From NCBI GenBank assembly GCA_046596625.1, contig JBKJMH010000044.1:1-56699 (forward strand): a stretch of 56,699 nucleotides of DNA. The letters are read 5' to 3'. Positions within the stretch are counted from its first letter, which is position 1. Each line of letters begins with the position of its first letter. This DNA is from Vicinamibacterales bacterium (GTDB taxonomy: Bacteria > Acidobacteriota > Vicinamibacteria > Vicinamibacterales > CAVVIG01). The notes beneath the pieces were generated by a model. The model was not told the DNA's origin. It saw only the letters and a program-made list of their open reading frames with translations, and did not search any database. Below are positions 48,533 to 56,699 of this stretch, in pieces. The position numbers and the translations under genes are program-made.

Positions 48533-50302
48533 CTATGGAATGACGATGTCCATCGGTCGCATCATGTCGTTGTCTTCGTGTTCGAGCATGTGGCAATGGT
48601 GGACGTAGCGCAGTCGCTGACCGGACGGAAGCCGGACATCCGAGGGCACCTCGAACGACACCAGTACTCGGGTGACTGTGCGCCAGTCCACCCGCACCGT
48701 GTCCTTGGGCGCGTTGAGTTCGTTGGGCTGAGGGCCAGTTCTGGGTCCTACCGTGACGATCTCGCCGGTTTGCAGGTACTTGTCGATGTCGAACAGCTGG
48801 CGGTCGAGCACCCGCAGCGTTGCCAGGTGGATGTGCATCGGGTGCGCCACAGCAGTGGCGTTGATGTAGCGCCAGATTTCGGTACGCCCTGCCACGGGGG
48901 TGGTAATCACCGGATCCATGTACGGGCGGCCCTCTACCAGTAGCCGAATCGGCAGGTGGACCTCGCAGAAGCCCGCAGGCACGGGCAGCATGGCAGTCTC
49001 TTCGGTCAACACGATGTCGCGGGTAGGCGGGGTGCCGGCAACCTTGAAGGGTTCCGCGGGCAGCCGGGCGGGAATGCGGCCCTGGTCGCGGCCATTTCGC
49101 TTGCCGCGTACCTTGAACTGCATGATGCGCGAAATGGACCCCAGGAACCCGATGGGGAACGGGTTCGCTGCATCGTTGGTCATGATGAGGTCTTCGCCTT
49201 CGAAGCCGGCGAAATCGACGATCACATCGGCCCGTTCGGCGTTCACCAGCATCAGGGTACGCATCGCGACCGGCTCCGGCAGGAACCCGAGATCGGAGCC
49301 AATCTGCACGAACTCCGGACCAGAGCCCGACTCGTTCTCGAGACGGAGATTGAAGAACGTGCTGTTGGCACCGTTCAGCATGCGGAAGCGGTACTTGCGC
49401 GGTTCCACCTCCAGGTAGGGCATGACCTTGCCGTTCACGACCGCAACGTCACCGGCGTAGTCCGGTTGCCACACGGGATGCGTGAACGGAGGCAGGCCGA
49501 CAGTTGGGTAGTAGATCGAGCCGTCCTGATTGAACCGGCGGTCCTGAATGACCAGCGGGATCTCGAATTCATCGCGGGGCAGCCCCAGCGATTCCTCGCC
49601 GTCTTCGCGGATGAAATAGCAGCCGGCCAGACCGGCCGCGACATTGAGCCGGGTCAGCGCCAGGGCATGGTCGTGATACCACAGCATGGCTGCCGGCTGA
49701 TCGTTGGTGTAGTAGAAGATGCCGCTGTTCGGGAAGGGGCCGGTCTGCTCGAAGCCTGGCGTAAACCAGGCTTCAGGGTGTCCATCGCTTTCGGGCATTG
49801 TCTTTCCACCGTGCAGGTGGACCACGGCCCGGACGTCAGGCTCGCCGTCATTGGCGCCGTGCAGCGTGCGGTCGATCGAGCCGGCGAAGATATGTTGTTG
49901 CGGGAGACTGTTTATCCACTTCACCGCAATCGGCTGGCCCCGCCGGACTTCGAAACTGGGACCGGGGTACGAACCGTTGTAGCCCCACACGGTGGTCGGC
50001 GGGAGATCCCGGTGGAGCTTCTGCTGCGCCTGCAGCATCGACACCTCGTAGTAGGGGCTCAGCCGGTCGCGGCCATGAGGATTCGGCGCCACGCCGACTG
50101 GGCGCAGCACTGACGGGAGCGGCAACGGATCGACGAACGGGAACATGCCCGGAGACGGCGGAGCCGGCGGCAGCGGGAAGGGTGTGCAGTTGCGCGGCCC
50201 CTGCGCCAGGGTGACACCGCTTCGCTGTGAGGTCGCGATAAGCGCGCCAGCTCCCGCAACCGCACCAGCCATCGCCTTCAAGAATGTTCGCCTATCGCTC
50301 AC
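48533..50302 (-). CDS. Tat-exported multicopper oxidase (CotA/bilirubin-oxidase-like, three cupredoxin domains)
   Basis: Twin-arginine motif SDRRTFLKAMAG. The copper motifs are VVHLHGG, WYHDHA, HPMHIHL and HCHMLEHEDNDMM. The GTG start at 50302 is preceded by GAGGAG. Confidence 0.85.
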   Translation of the reverse strand: MSDRRTFLKAMAGAVAGAGALIATSQRSGVTLAQGPRNCTPFPLPPAPPSPGMFPFVDPLPLPSVLRPVGVAPNPHGRDRLSPYYEVSMLQAQQKLHRDLPPTTVWGYNGSYPGPSFEVRRGQPIAVKWINSLPQQHIFAGSIDRTLHGANDGEPDVRAVVHLHGGKTMPESDGHPEAWFTPGFEQTGPFPNSGIFYYTNDQPAAMLWYHDHALALTRLNVAAGLAGCYFIREDGEESLGLPRDEFEIPLVIQDRRFNQDGSIYYPTVGLPPFTHPVWQPDYAGDVAVVNGKVMPYLEVEPRKYRFRMLNGANSTFFNLRLENESGSGPEFVQIGSDLGFLPEPVAMRTLMLVNAERADVIVDFAGFEGEDLIMTNDAANPFPIGFLGSISRIMQFKVRGKRNGRDQGRIPARLPAEPFKVAGTPPTRDIVLTEETAMLPVPAGFCEVHLPIRLLVEGRPYMDPVITTPVAGRTEIWRYINATAVAHPMHIHLATLRVLDRQLFDIDKYLQTGEIVTVGPRTGPQPNELNAPKDTVRVDWRTVTRVLVSFEVPSDVRLPSGQRLRYVHHCHMLEHEDNDMMRPMDIVIP

Positions 50303-50489
50303 GCAGGTCTCCTCACAGCGGTTGTTGATCACGACCGCGCCGACGCACCCGGCGGGCGTCGGCGAAATCGTGGGGCAGGTTCTGATTCGGGTCGAGAGCG
50401 TGGTGATGCACTGCCGAGGGGGCACTGCAGACGACGTCGGCGGCCCGCGCGCCCATCGACAGCGAGTGCGCGGATCGCGCCGCGGCGGA

Positions 50490-50909
50490 CTAGCGCCTCG
50501 CGGCGTTCGACTTCATGACCAGATCGGTCATGTCGACGGTGTCCCAATGCTCGGCGAGACGTCCGTCCTCGATCCGAAAGATTTCGGCCGTCCGGATCAC
50601 GATGGGCTGACCGGATGAACGCAGGTCCATCAGGTCGGCCTGATGTGTCCCATTCCATGTCATGAACGAGAACACCTTATCGCCTTCGGCATACAGGTGA
50701 TCCACCGTGGCATGTAGATCCGGGATGGCGGTGAAGAGCATCGAGAAAAAGGTCTTGACGCCGTCGCGGCCAGGCGGCGCCTGAGGATTGTGCTGAATGT
50801 AACCCGGGTGATAGAGCCGGTCGACTGCACTCACGTCGTGCTGGTTGAGGAACTCCTCCGTGACGGTGCGCATCAACTGCTTGTTGCGTTCGAGATCTGC
50901 ATTCTGCAT
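50490..50909 (-). CDS. SnoaL-like (ester-cyclase type) NTF2-fold protein
   Basis: NKQLMRTVTEEFLNQHDVSAVDRLYHPGYIQHNP...G..G...F......PDLH.TV...AEGDKV..........G.P......EIFRIEDGRLAEHWD. Confidence 0.7.
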   Translation of the reverse strand: MQNADLERNKQLMRTVTEEFLNQHDVSAVDRLYHPGYIQHNPQAPPGRDGVKTFFSMLFTAIPDLHATVDHLYAEGDKVFSFMTWNGTHQADLMDLRSSGQPIVIRTAEIFRIEDGRLAEHWDTVDMTDLVMKSNAARR

Positions 50910-50954
50910 TGGATCAACTCCGGATCGCGCGTGACGAGGTCGTGGGAGCCGGGT

Positions 50955-51350
50955 TCAGCGTTTCAGGTTGGGCAGCTCGATGCCCTCGAAGAATGGCGCC
51001 ATGTCCATGTAGACGCGAAGATCGCGGATCTGATTGTCGGCGGTAAGACGGGCGACGTCGACGCACGGCATCTCCACGACGCGATCATCGGTTCGGGTAA
51101 TCTTCACGACCATCTCGACAATCACCGTGTCGCCGAACTCCCAGGTTCCAGCGATGTCGACGTGCAGTGACTTCATGATGTCGACGTGGGTGTCGTACAG
51201 ATTCTTGCGGATGGCGGGCACACCGGTGACAGTTGGAAAATTTCCGAATCGGTACGACGCATCCGGGGCGTAGTAGGACAGCGCTTCATCGACTTTCAGT
51301 TCGTGAGCCGCTTCAAGTGAGTGGAGCACGACGTCTAAATTCTTACCCAT
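50955..51350 (-). CDS. NTF2-fold protein, LEH-like family (paralog 2 of 4)
   Basis: The GGAGG-preceded ATG at 51350 opens YYAPDASYRFGNFPTVTGVPAIRKNL...VIVEMVVKITRTDDRVVEMPCVDVARL...IRDLRVYMDMAPFF. Confidence 0.6.
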   Translation of the reverse strand: MGKNLDVVLHSLEAAHELKVDEALSYYAPDASYRFGNFPTVTGVPAIRKNLYDTHVDIMKSLHVDIAGTWEFGDTVIVEMVVKITRTDDRVVEMPCVDVARLTADNQIRDLRVYMDMAPFFEGIELPNLKR

Positions 51351-51419
51351 GGAGCCTCCAAGATGTCGGTGGGACGGGACCAACCCCGAGCCCTCAGGAT
51401 CACAATAGCCGTGGCCTCG

Positions 51420-51911
51420 TCAGAACTCGCGAGTCGTGAATGCCGCAGCCACCGATTCGATATATGCGAGCACGGCGGATATCACTCCCACTGCGATCAC
51501 CGCGCTCTGAACCGATATGGTGGCTTGCGGCCAGTTGTTGTGGGTGATGAGGCCAAAAGTGGAAATTACTCCGAGCGCCGCAAACGCGCGCAGCAGGCCG
51601 GCACCGAAGGCCCGCCTGAACCACTTCACGCCCGGCGCGAGCGGTGGGAGGACCTCTCCGGCAATCCGCTTGCTGACCGTAGTTCGCACTCCCATGACGG
51701 TCGTGATCATGGTCGTCATGACCGCCACCGGGAACAGGCTGCCGAACAATGACGGGCCGCCACCAACGGGCGGCGGCATGACATACACAGAATCCAGCTC
51801 CCGCAAGGTCACCAGCACGATCACCACGTTGATCACGATGTTCAGAATGCTGTCAACGGGCGCCTGTTTCTGGTAGGCGAAGCGTTCCAATGAATACGGT
51901 TTAGTCGACAC
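51420..51911 (-). CDS. Hypothetical integral membrane protein (about 4 TM)
   Basis: Hydrophobic segments are ILNIVINVVIVLVTL, LFGSLFPVAVMTTMITTVMGV, LLRAFAALGVISTFGLI and AVIAVGVISAVLAYI. Confidence 0.45.
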   Translation of the reverse strand: MSTKPYSLERFAYQKQAPVDSILNIVINVVIVLVTLRELDSVYVMPPPVGGGPSLFGSLFPVAVMTTMITTVMGVRTTVSKRIAGEVLPPLAPGVKWFRRAFGAGLLRAFAALGVISTFGLITHNNWPQATISVQSAVIAVGVISAVLAYIESVAAAFTTREF

Positions 51912-51959
51912 GAGCCCTTTCTCCGTCGCAAACCTCCGACGTCGTCGTTCAGCGCGGGA

Positions 51960-52337
51960 TCAGTGCAGGCCTTCGAAGAGCGGACGGCCGTCGGTGTAGA
52001 CGCGCCATTCGTACACCTGGTTGTCTCTCATGCGGTAGACGTCGACGCAGGGAATCTTGATCAGCTTGTTGTCCTTCAGCCGCCTGTAATTCGCGTCCAT
52101 TTCCACAGTGATGATGCCGGGCTCTTCCCAGAGCTTCTTGACGTCCTCGCCCTCGAGCAGGGCGGCATTCTTGAACAGCCACTGCAGGGCGTTGACCGGA
52201 GCATCCTTTCCGAACTTCGGCTCCTCAGAGCCCATCTTGTACATGAGGTCGTCAGTCAGGTAGGACTTGACCTTGTCCCAATCCTGCTGGAGTACCGCAT
52301 CCGACATTTGTTTCAGGGCATCTAGTTGCGCTGACAT
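51960..52337 (-). CDS. NTF2-fold protein, LEH-like family (paralog 3 of 4, more divergent)
   Basis: YLTDDLMYKMGSEEPKFGKDA...IITVEMDANYRRLKDNKLIKIPCVDVYRMRDNQVYEWRVYTDGRPLF. Confidence 0.55.
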   Translation of the reverse strand: MSAQLDALKQMSDAVLQQDWDKVKSYLTDDLMYKMGSEEPKFGKDAPVNALQWLFKNAALLEGEDVKKLWEEPGIITVEMDANYRRLKDNKLIKIPCVDVYRMRDNQVYEWRVYTDGRPLFEGLH

Positions 52338-52480
52338 GTGTGAGCCTCCTCGTGTCCGGCCACCGCCATGGCGGCCGACATACTCGTCGCGGATTTTCTG
52401 AACTCGGGTGCCGGGATCCTACCATGCGAGGCCCTGGCGTTGAGCACCGGGCCGTTGCTCTGACGGACCCGGCCGGACGC

Positions 52481-52891
52481 CTAGCTTCCCGCGTACGCGT
52501 CGAGCAGCTGCGCGGTGTCGAGAAACTCTCGATAGCTGATCAACTTCCGGTCTCTCACCGTCAGAACGTGTGCGTACTCGGACTTGAAATGCCGTTCGTT
52601 CGCCTTGACCATGCTGTGGACATACCCGAGGACGACCACGGTGTCGCCATCGGCCAGGAACTTGTGCTGGATCGATTCCTTGAATTCCAGCGTGGTCATC
52701 AGAGTCTGAAAGAAAGCGCCTATTTCCGCAGGCCCGGTCCGTACGCCGCAGAGGGCCAGTTCCGGTGGACCATAGAGTTGCCACGTCGAGTTTTCGTCCA
52801 TGGCCGCGAACCACGGCGCGCCATCGCCACGTTTGAACGCAGCATACAGTTCCTTGACGAATTCGACGTTGTCAGTCTCTTTCACATCCAT
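52481..52891 (-). CDS. NTF2-fold (SnoaL_2/ketosteroid-isomerase-like) protein
   Basis: NVEFVKELYAAFKRGDGAPWFAAMDENSTWQ...FLADGDTVVVLGYVHSMVKANERHFKSEYAHVLTVRDRKLISYREFLDT. Confidence 0.65.
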   Translation of the reverse strand: MDVKETDNVEFVKELYAAFKRGDGAPWFAAMDENSTWQLYGPPELALCGVRTGPAEIGAFFQTLMTTLEFKESIQHKFLADGDTVVVLGYVHSMVKANERHFKSEYAHVLTVRDRKLISYREFLDTAQLLDAYAGS

Positions 52892-52946
52892 GTGACGTCC
52901 CCGTGTTTTCTGACAAGACGCGCAGGCGTCCCATCGTTTGATCGAC

Positions 52947-54758
52947 TCAGAAGCGGTAGCTCAGGATTACTCCAAGATAGCCAAGGTTGCCATCGGGTGG
53001 ATTCTCATGCAGGAACTTGCCTGTGGCGAAGTACGCTCCGGCAACACCAATGGTGGAGTGTCGCGTGACAGGCCAATACAGTTCCGCGCCGGGCTGAGTA
53101 CCGATGTACAGAGCCTGGGAAAAGCGGCCGGTCCTCATGAGAAACCCGGGCACGTTGTAGATGCCGTCGTTCGGACTCTGGCGCCAGAAGAAAAAGACGT
53201 CCCCAGTCAGGGTGGCGCGCCGCGGCAGCTGGATCGTGACATTCGGCCGGAAACCCTGGATGTTCAACGGACCCATCTGTTGTGCCAGGCCGAAGAATCG
53301 CCCATTGGGGAACGGCGTGAAGAACGTCTGAAAGTCCGCGTCCTTGGGGTCCTTGTCCCCCGTGGCTATACCGGTCGTGACGCCTACCCGCGGCTGCAGC
53401 GGCCAGTTGTTGAACGTATAGCCAGCCTGGCTCGAAATCGTCCAGGCTCGAATGTCGCCTTTGCCGAACTGTATGAACGGAAAAGTCGGTCCGTTGAGTG
53501 GCCCCGGGCCGAACTTGCCGAACTGATAGGCGTATTCGAGATCGTAGTCCCAGCCACGCCCGAGAAGGAACGGGATGCCGCCCTTCCAGAGGCGCCCACC
53601 GACCGTTTGCCGAGTCTCGGGGCCAATCCCCTGGTCGAACACGCCGGCCTGCCGCTTCAACCCGAAGTAATACAGATCCAGATTGAACGGCACCCCGCTG
53701 AGCGAACCGGTTGCGAAGCTGCCCCAGAATGTCTGGGTTGAATCGGCGTGGTCATCGAAGTAGCCGCGCGCCCGTGTCGCATCGGGATTTCGCGGGAGCG
53801 GCGGGTATTGAACGCCTCGGCCGAGAGTGATGACCGGCTTGACCGCAAACGTGTCGAAGCGCCACCTCTGCGTCCTGGCAATAACCCGGGCGCCGTCGAA
53901 TGCGAGACGCACGTTCGGCCCTTCGCGGTTGGCAACCAGTCGTCCGGCGCCAAACAACATGGCCTGACGCCCCAGCCGAACGGTGAGCGCCGGGGCGTTC
54001 CGGCGATTGAGAAGGACGTTCACATCGACCCACGCCTGGTGCACATCCAGTTCGTCGCTGTCGATGATCGGCCGCGGTCCGCCTGTACGGCCGTTGATGA
54101 TGCTGCTTTGTATCTGCGCAAACGCGCGGAGGCGTGTTCCGAAGCGCGCATCGCCACTGAACATCCAGCGCTGCAGCAGATAGCTGTTCTTCCGCGCCTC
54201 GACCTGATCGGCGTCGGGCGGCGAATACGGCAGCACGCCCCACCCCTCGTTCTTGAAGTTCTCGAACCAGAGCCGTCCGTCACCGCCGAGGGTCAGGTAC
54301 CAATTCGGGCGTCCTCCCAATGGAATGAACTTCCACGGGTCCCACCAGTCATGGCCGCGCGTCGCCGGGTCGGCCAGATAGCTCCAGTCCTCGTCGTCCC
54401 GGAGCAGCCGGTAACGGGGAATCACCCACGGAGGTGGCGGGCCGCCGGGGCCTGGGAATACGCCAGGTGGCGGACCACCCTGACCCGGCGGTACTCCGGG
54501 TGGGGGACCGTTTTGACCGGGCGGTACGCCGGGTGGGGGACCGCCTTGACCTCGTGGTGGAGGACCACCAGGAGGCCCGCCGGGCGGAGCCCCCGACGGG
54601 GGTCGCTGACCGGATGACGCATCAACCTGTTGCACATCCACTGCTGGAGCGGCCGACACGAGTCGGGGTCTGCCAGCCTGTTGTGCATCCAGCGCGGACT
54701 GGGCCGACGCGGGTCCGACCGTCAGAAGGCAAAGCACTGTCGATGTGAGCAGCCGCAT
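52947..54758 (-). CDS. Outer-membrane beta-barrel, alginate-export (AlgE-like) family candidate, with an N-terminal Pro/Gly-rich repeat region
   Basis: Signal peptide MRLLTSTVLCLLTVGPASAQ, a P/G tract at aa 52-110, then WKFIPLGG...YLTLGGDGRLWFENF... with alternating strands, ending ...GVILSYRF. Confidence 0.5.
   Translation of the reverse strand: MRLLTSTVLCLLTVGPASAQSALDAQQAGRPRLVSAAPAVDVQQVDASSGQRPPSGAPPGGPPGGPPPRGQGGPPPGVPPGQNGPPPGVPPGQGGPPPGVFPGPGGPPPPWVIPRYRLLRDDEDWSYLADPATRGHDWWDPWKFIPLGGRPNWYLTLGGDGRLWFENFKNEGWGVLPYSPPDADQVEARKNSYLLQRWMFSGDARFGTRLRAFAQIQSSIINGRTGGPRPIIDSDELDVHQAWVDVNVLLNRRNAPALTVRLGRQAMLFGAGRLVANREGPNVRLAFDGARVIARTQRWRFDTFAVKPVITLGRGVQYPPLPRNPDATRARGYFDDHADSTQTFWGSFATGSLSGVPFNLDLYYFGLKRQAGVFDQGIGPETRQTVGGRLWKGGIPFLLGRGWDYDLEYAYQFGKFGPGPLNGPTFPFIQFGKGDIRAWTISSQAGYTFNNWPLQPRVGVTTGIATGDKDPKDADFQTFFTPFPNGRFFGLAQQMGPLNIQGFRPNVTIQLPRRATLTGDVFFFWRQSPNDGIYNVPGFLMRTGRFSQALYIGTQPGAELYWPVTRHSTIGVAGAYFATGKFLHENPPDGNLGYLGVILSYRF
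54453..54551 (-). repeat. Three tandem 33-bp coding repeats (peptide unit GQ[G/N]GPPPGV[P/F]P)
   Basis: The repeats are read in both DNA and protein: GQGGPPPGVPP GQNGPPPGVPP GQGGPPPGVFP. Confidence 0.8.
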
Positions 54759-54808
54759 ATCGAGGGTTCGCCGACGCAGGGACTTCAGTTCACCACCATC
54801 CCGGCGGC

Positions 54809-55165
54809 CTAGGCGAATGCGGGACCGGCATCGAGGTAGGCGCGAAGCGATTTCACTTTCCCGTCCTCCAGCTCGATGACGTCGACGCAGGGGACTATCG
54901 CAACCTTTCCGTCCTTGCGGTGGTAGGTCAATTCCATCTCGGAGACGATGACGTTACCGTTTTGCCAGGTGTTCTTCACCTTGTGCTCGACCTTGTCGAA
55001 CATCGGAATCACCTGCTGGGCGAATGCCTTGATAGCGGCATGACCGTACACGGCAGGATAATTTCCCGCCTTGTATTCGGCGTTCTCCTGGAAACACGTT
55101 AGGTAAGAATCCACATCGTTGTGTTCGACCGCACTAAACAGCCTGTTCAGGATTTCCATGCTCAT
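54809..55165 (-). CDS. NTF2-fold protein, LEH-like family (paralog 4 of 4)
   Basis: MSMEILNRLFSAVEHNDVDSYLTCFQENAEYKAGNYPAVYGHAAIKAF...VIVSEMELTYHRKDGKVAIVPCVDVIELEDGKVKSLRAYLDAGPAF. The start is 55165 or 55159. Confidence 0.6.
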   Translation of the reverse strand: MSMEILNRLFSAVEHNDVDSYLTCFQENAEYKAGNYPAVYGHAAIKAFAQQVIPMFDKVEHKVKNTWQNGNVIVSEMELTYHRKDGKVAIVPCVDVIELEDGKVKSLRAYLDAGPAFA

Positions 55166-55282
55166 ATGGCTCTCTTTTCCCGACTGATGAACGCCCCTGC
55201 CAAACCGACGCACTCGCAGGCGTCTTTGCAAAGCGACACACGACGCGAGCGCATCGTGTCACGGCCTCGGACGGACCGGCGT

Positions 55283-55633
55283 TCAGTCCTTGATTTCGTT
55301 CAACCGCCCGAACGCCCCGACCGCTTTGTTGAAGCCGGCGTACACGCACATGAACAGCAGCACTTCCTCGATCTCGGCCCGCGTGATCCCTTGCTGGAAT
55401 GCCATCCGCACGTGAGCCTCGAACGGCGCGCCTGGCCCCGACTCATTCGCGTTGACGACGTCGACGGCGATGGTAATCAGCGACTTGGTTCGCTGATCGA
55501 TGAGGGGAAGCCCCCACACCTCTCCCGCCACCCGGGTGACCAGGTCGCCGAATTTGGGGTTGATTGACTTCAATGCCCGCTGCAACTCGGCATCCCCGAG
55601 CACGGCATTTTGTTTGATGGAAATTTCGCTCAC
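55283..55633 (-). CDS. Carboxymuconolactone-decarboxylase (CMD/AhpD-like) family protein
   Basis: FGDLVTRVAGEVWGLPLIDQRTKSLITIAVDVV......FEAHVRMAFQQGITRAEIEEVLLFMCVYAGFNKAVGAF. Confidence 0.75.
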   Translation of the reverse strand: MSEISIKQNAVLGDAELQRALKSINPKFGDLVTRVAGEVWGLPLIDQRTKSLITIAVDVVNANESGPGAPFEAHVRMAFQQGITRAEIEEVLLFMCVYAGFNKAVGAFGRLNEIKD

Positions 55634-55922
55634 TGCGATCCCTTTCGATTCACGTCTGATCGACGTACCCTGTCCGCACGTCGAGCGTGAGATCTGTCAG
55701 ATGATTGGTTGCCAGCTGCTGACGACGGTCGGGCGGGCCGGCCACGGCAATTATGACTGCAGCCGACGACTTGTCAACCCGGAATGCCGCTCCTGTACGG
55801 AGCACATGATGTGACCACACCGGGAGCACGTCACTGGTCCGCTTCGAGCGCCTAGATGGGAGAAGCTGAGAGGCGCACGGCGTATCCTGTGCGTGCGTCG
55901 CGCTACAATCGGCCAACCGCGC

Positions 55923-56699
<777 letters not shown>

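Noticed and set aside
55634-55922. Possible cobalamin riboswitch in the 290-nt spacer upstream of the B12-dependent mutase.
   Set aside because: I found only vague resemblances (CGGCCACGGCAA, AACCCGGAATGCC). There is no clear B12 box (AGYCMGGAGACCKGCC-like) and no GCCACTG core. B12-dependent enzymes are also not the usual riboswitch targets. A Rfam RF00174 scan would settle it.

Overview
The window is a visibly GC-rich (not computed) chromosomal segment from a Gram-negative-type bacterium. The exported and outer-membrane protein types (CarboxypepD_reg-barrel OMP, HEAT-repeat exported protein) suggest Acidobacteriota, but that is only a guess. All domain calls come from reading motifs in the supplied translations; no searches were run.

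Content, left to right:
- 1-12 kb: tyrS fragment, and a purine-biosynthesis set on the minus strand (purN, purM, purF, purB, purD) interleaved with an exported HEAT-repeat protein, an M16 peptidase, rlmN and a MiaB/MtaB-type methylthiotransferase.
- 12-13.2 kb: rpsU, a CxxC zinc-ribbon protein and a STAS protein.
- 13.2-20.5 kb: a translationally coupled envelope-glycan operon with a UbiA-type prenyl-phosphate phosphoribosyltransferase-like gene, a protein with a long disordered tail, and four GT-B glycosyltransferases arranged A-B-B'-A'.
- 20.5-28 kb: a minus-strand unit of exported protein, OMP, PDZ-multiTM-GAF-PAS histidine kinase and sigma54-type response regulator.
- 28.1-32.2 kb: cyclase, glgC, eno, gpmA.
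- 32.2-37.3 kb: the most interesting locus. A K+ channel-RCK-RyR protein is translationally coupled to a SLOG-like/4TM (SLATT-like) protein, and both converge on a TIR-pseudokinase fusion. I read this as a candidate Thoeris-like NAD-derived-nucleotide signalling or defence module with membrane effectors.
- 37.3-41.8 kb: an AGE-fold protein with a C-terminal STAS domain, and glgX.
- 42.6-55.6 kb: an accessory-looking redox or small-molecule tailoring island with seven NTF2-fold genes (four forming a limonene-epoxide-hydrolase-like family), EthD, VOC, DJ-1/PfpI, YceI, a Tat-exported multicopper oxidase, a CMD/AhpD-like protein and an alginate-export-like porin with a Pro/Gly tandem repeat.
- 55.9 kb to end: a methylmalonyl-CoA-mutase-family gene that runs off the window.

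I saw no rRNA, tRNA, CRISPR array, transposase or integrase. Most of the long ORFs antisense to these genes are GC-driven shadow ORFs.
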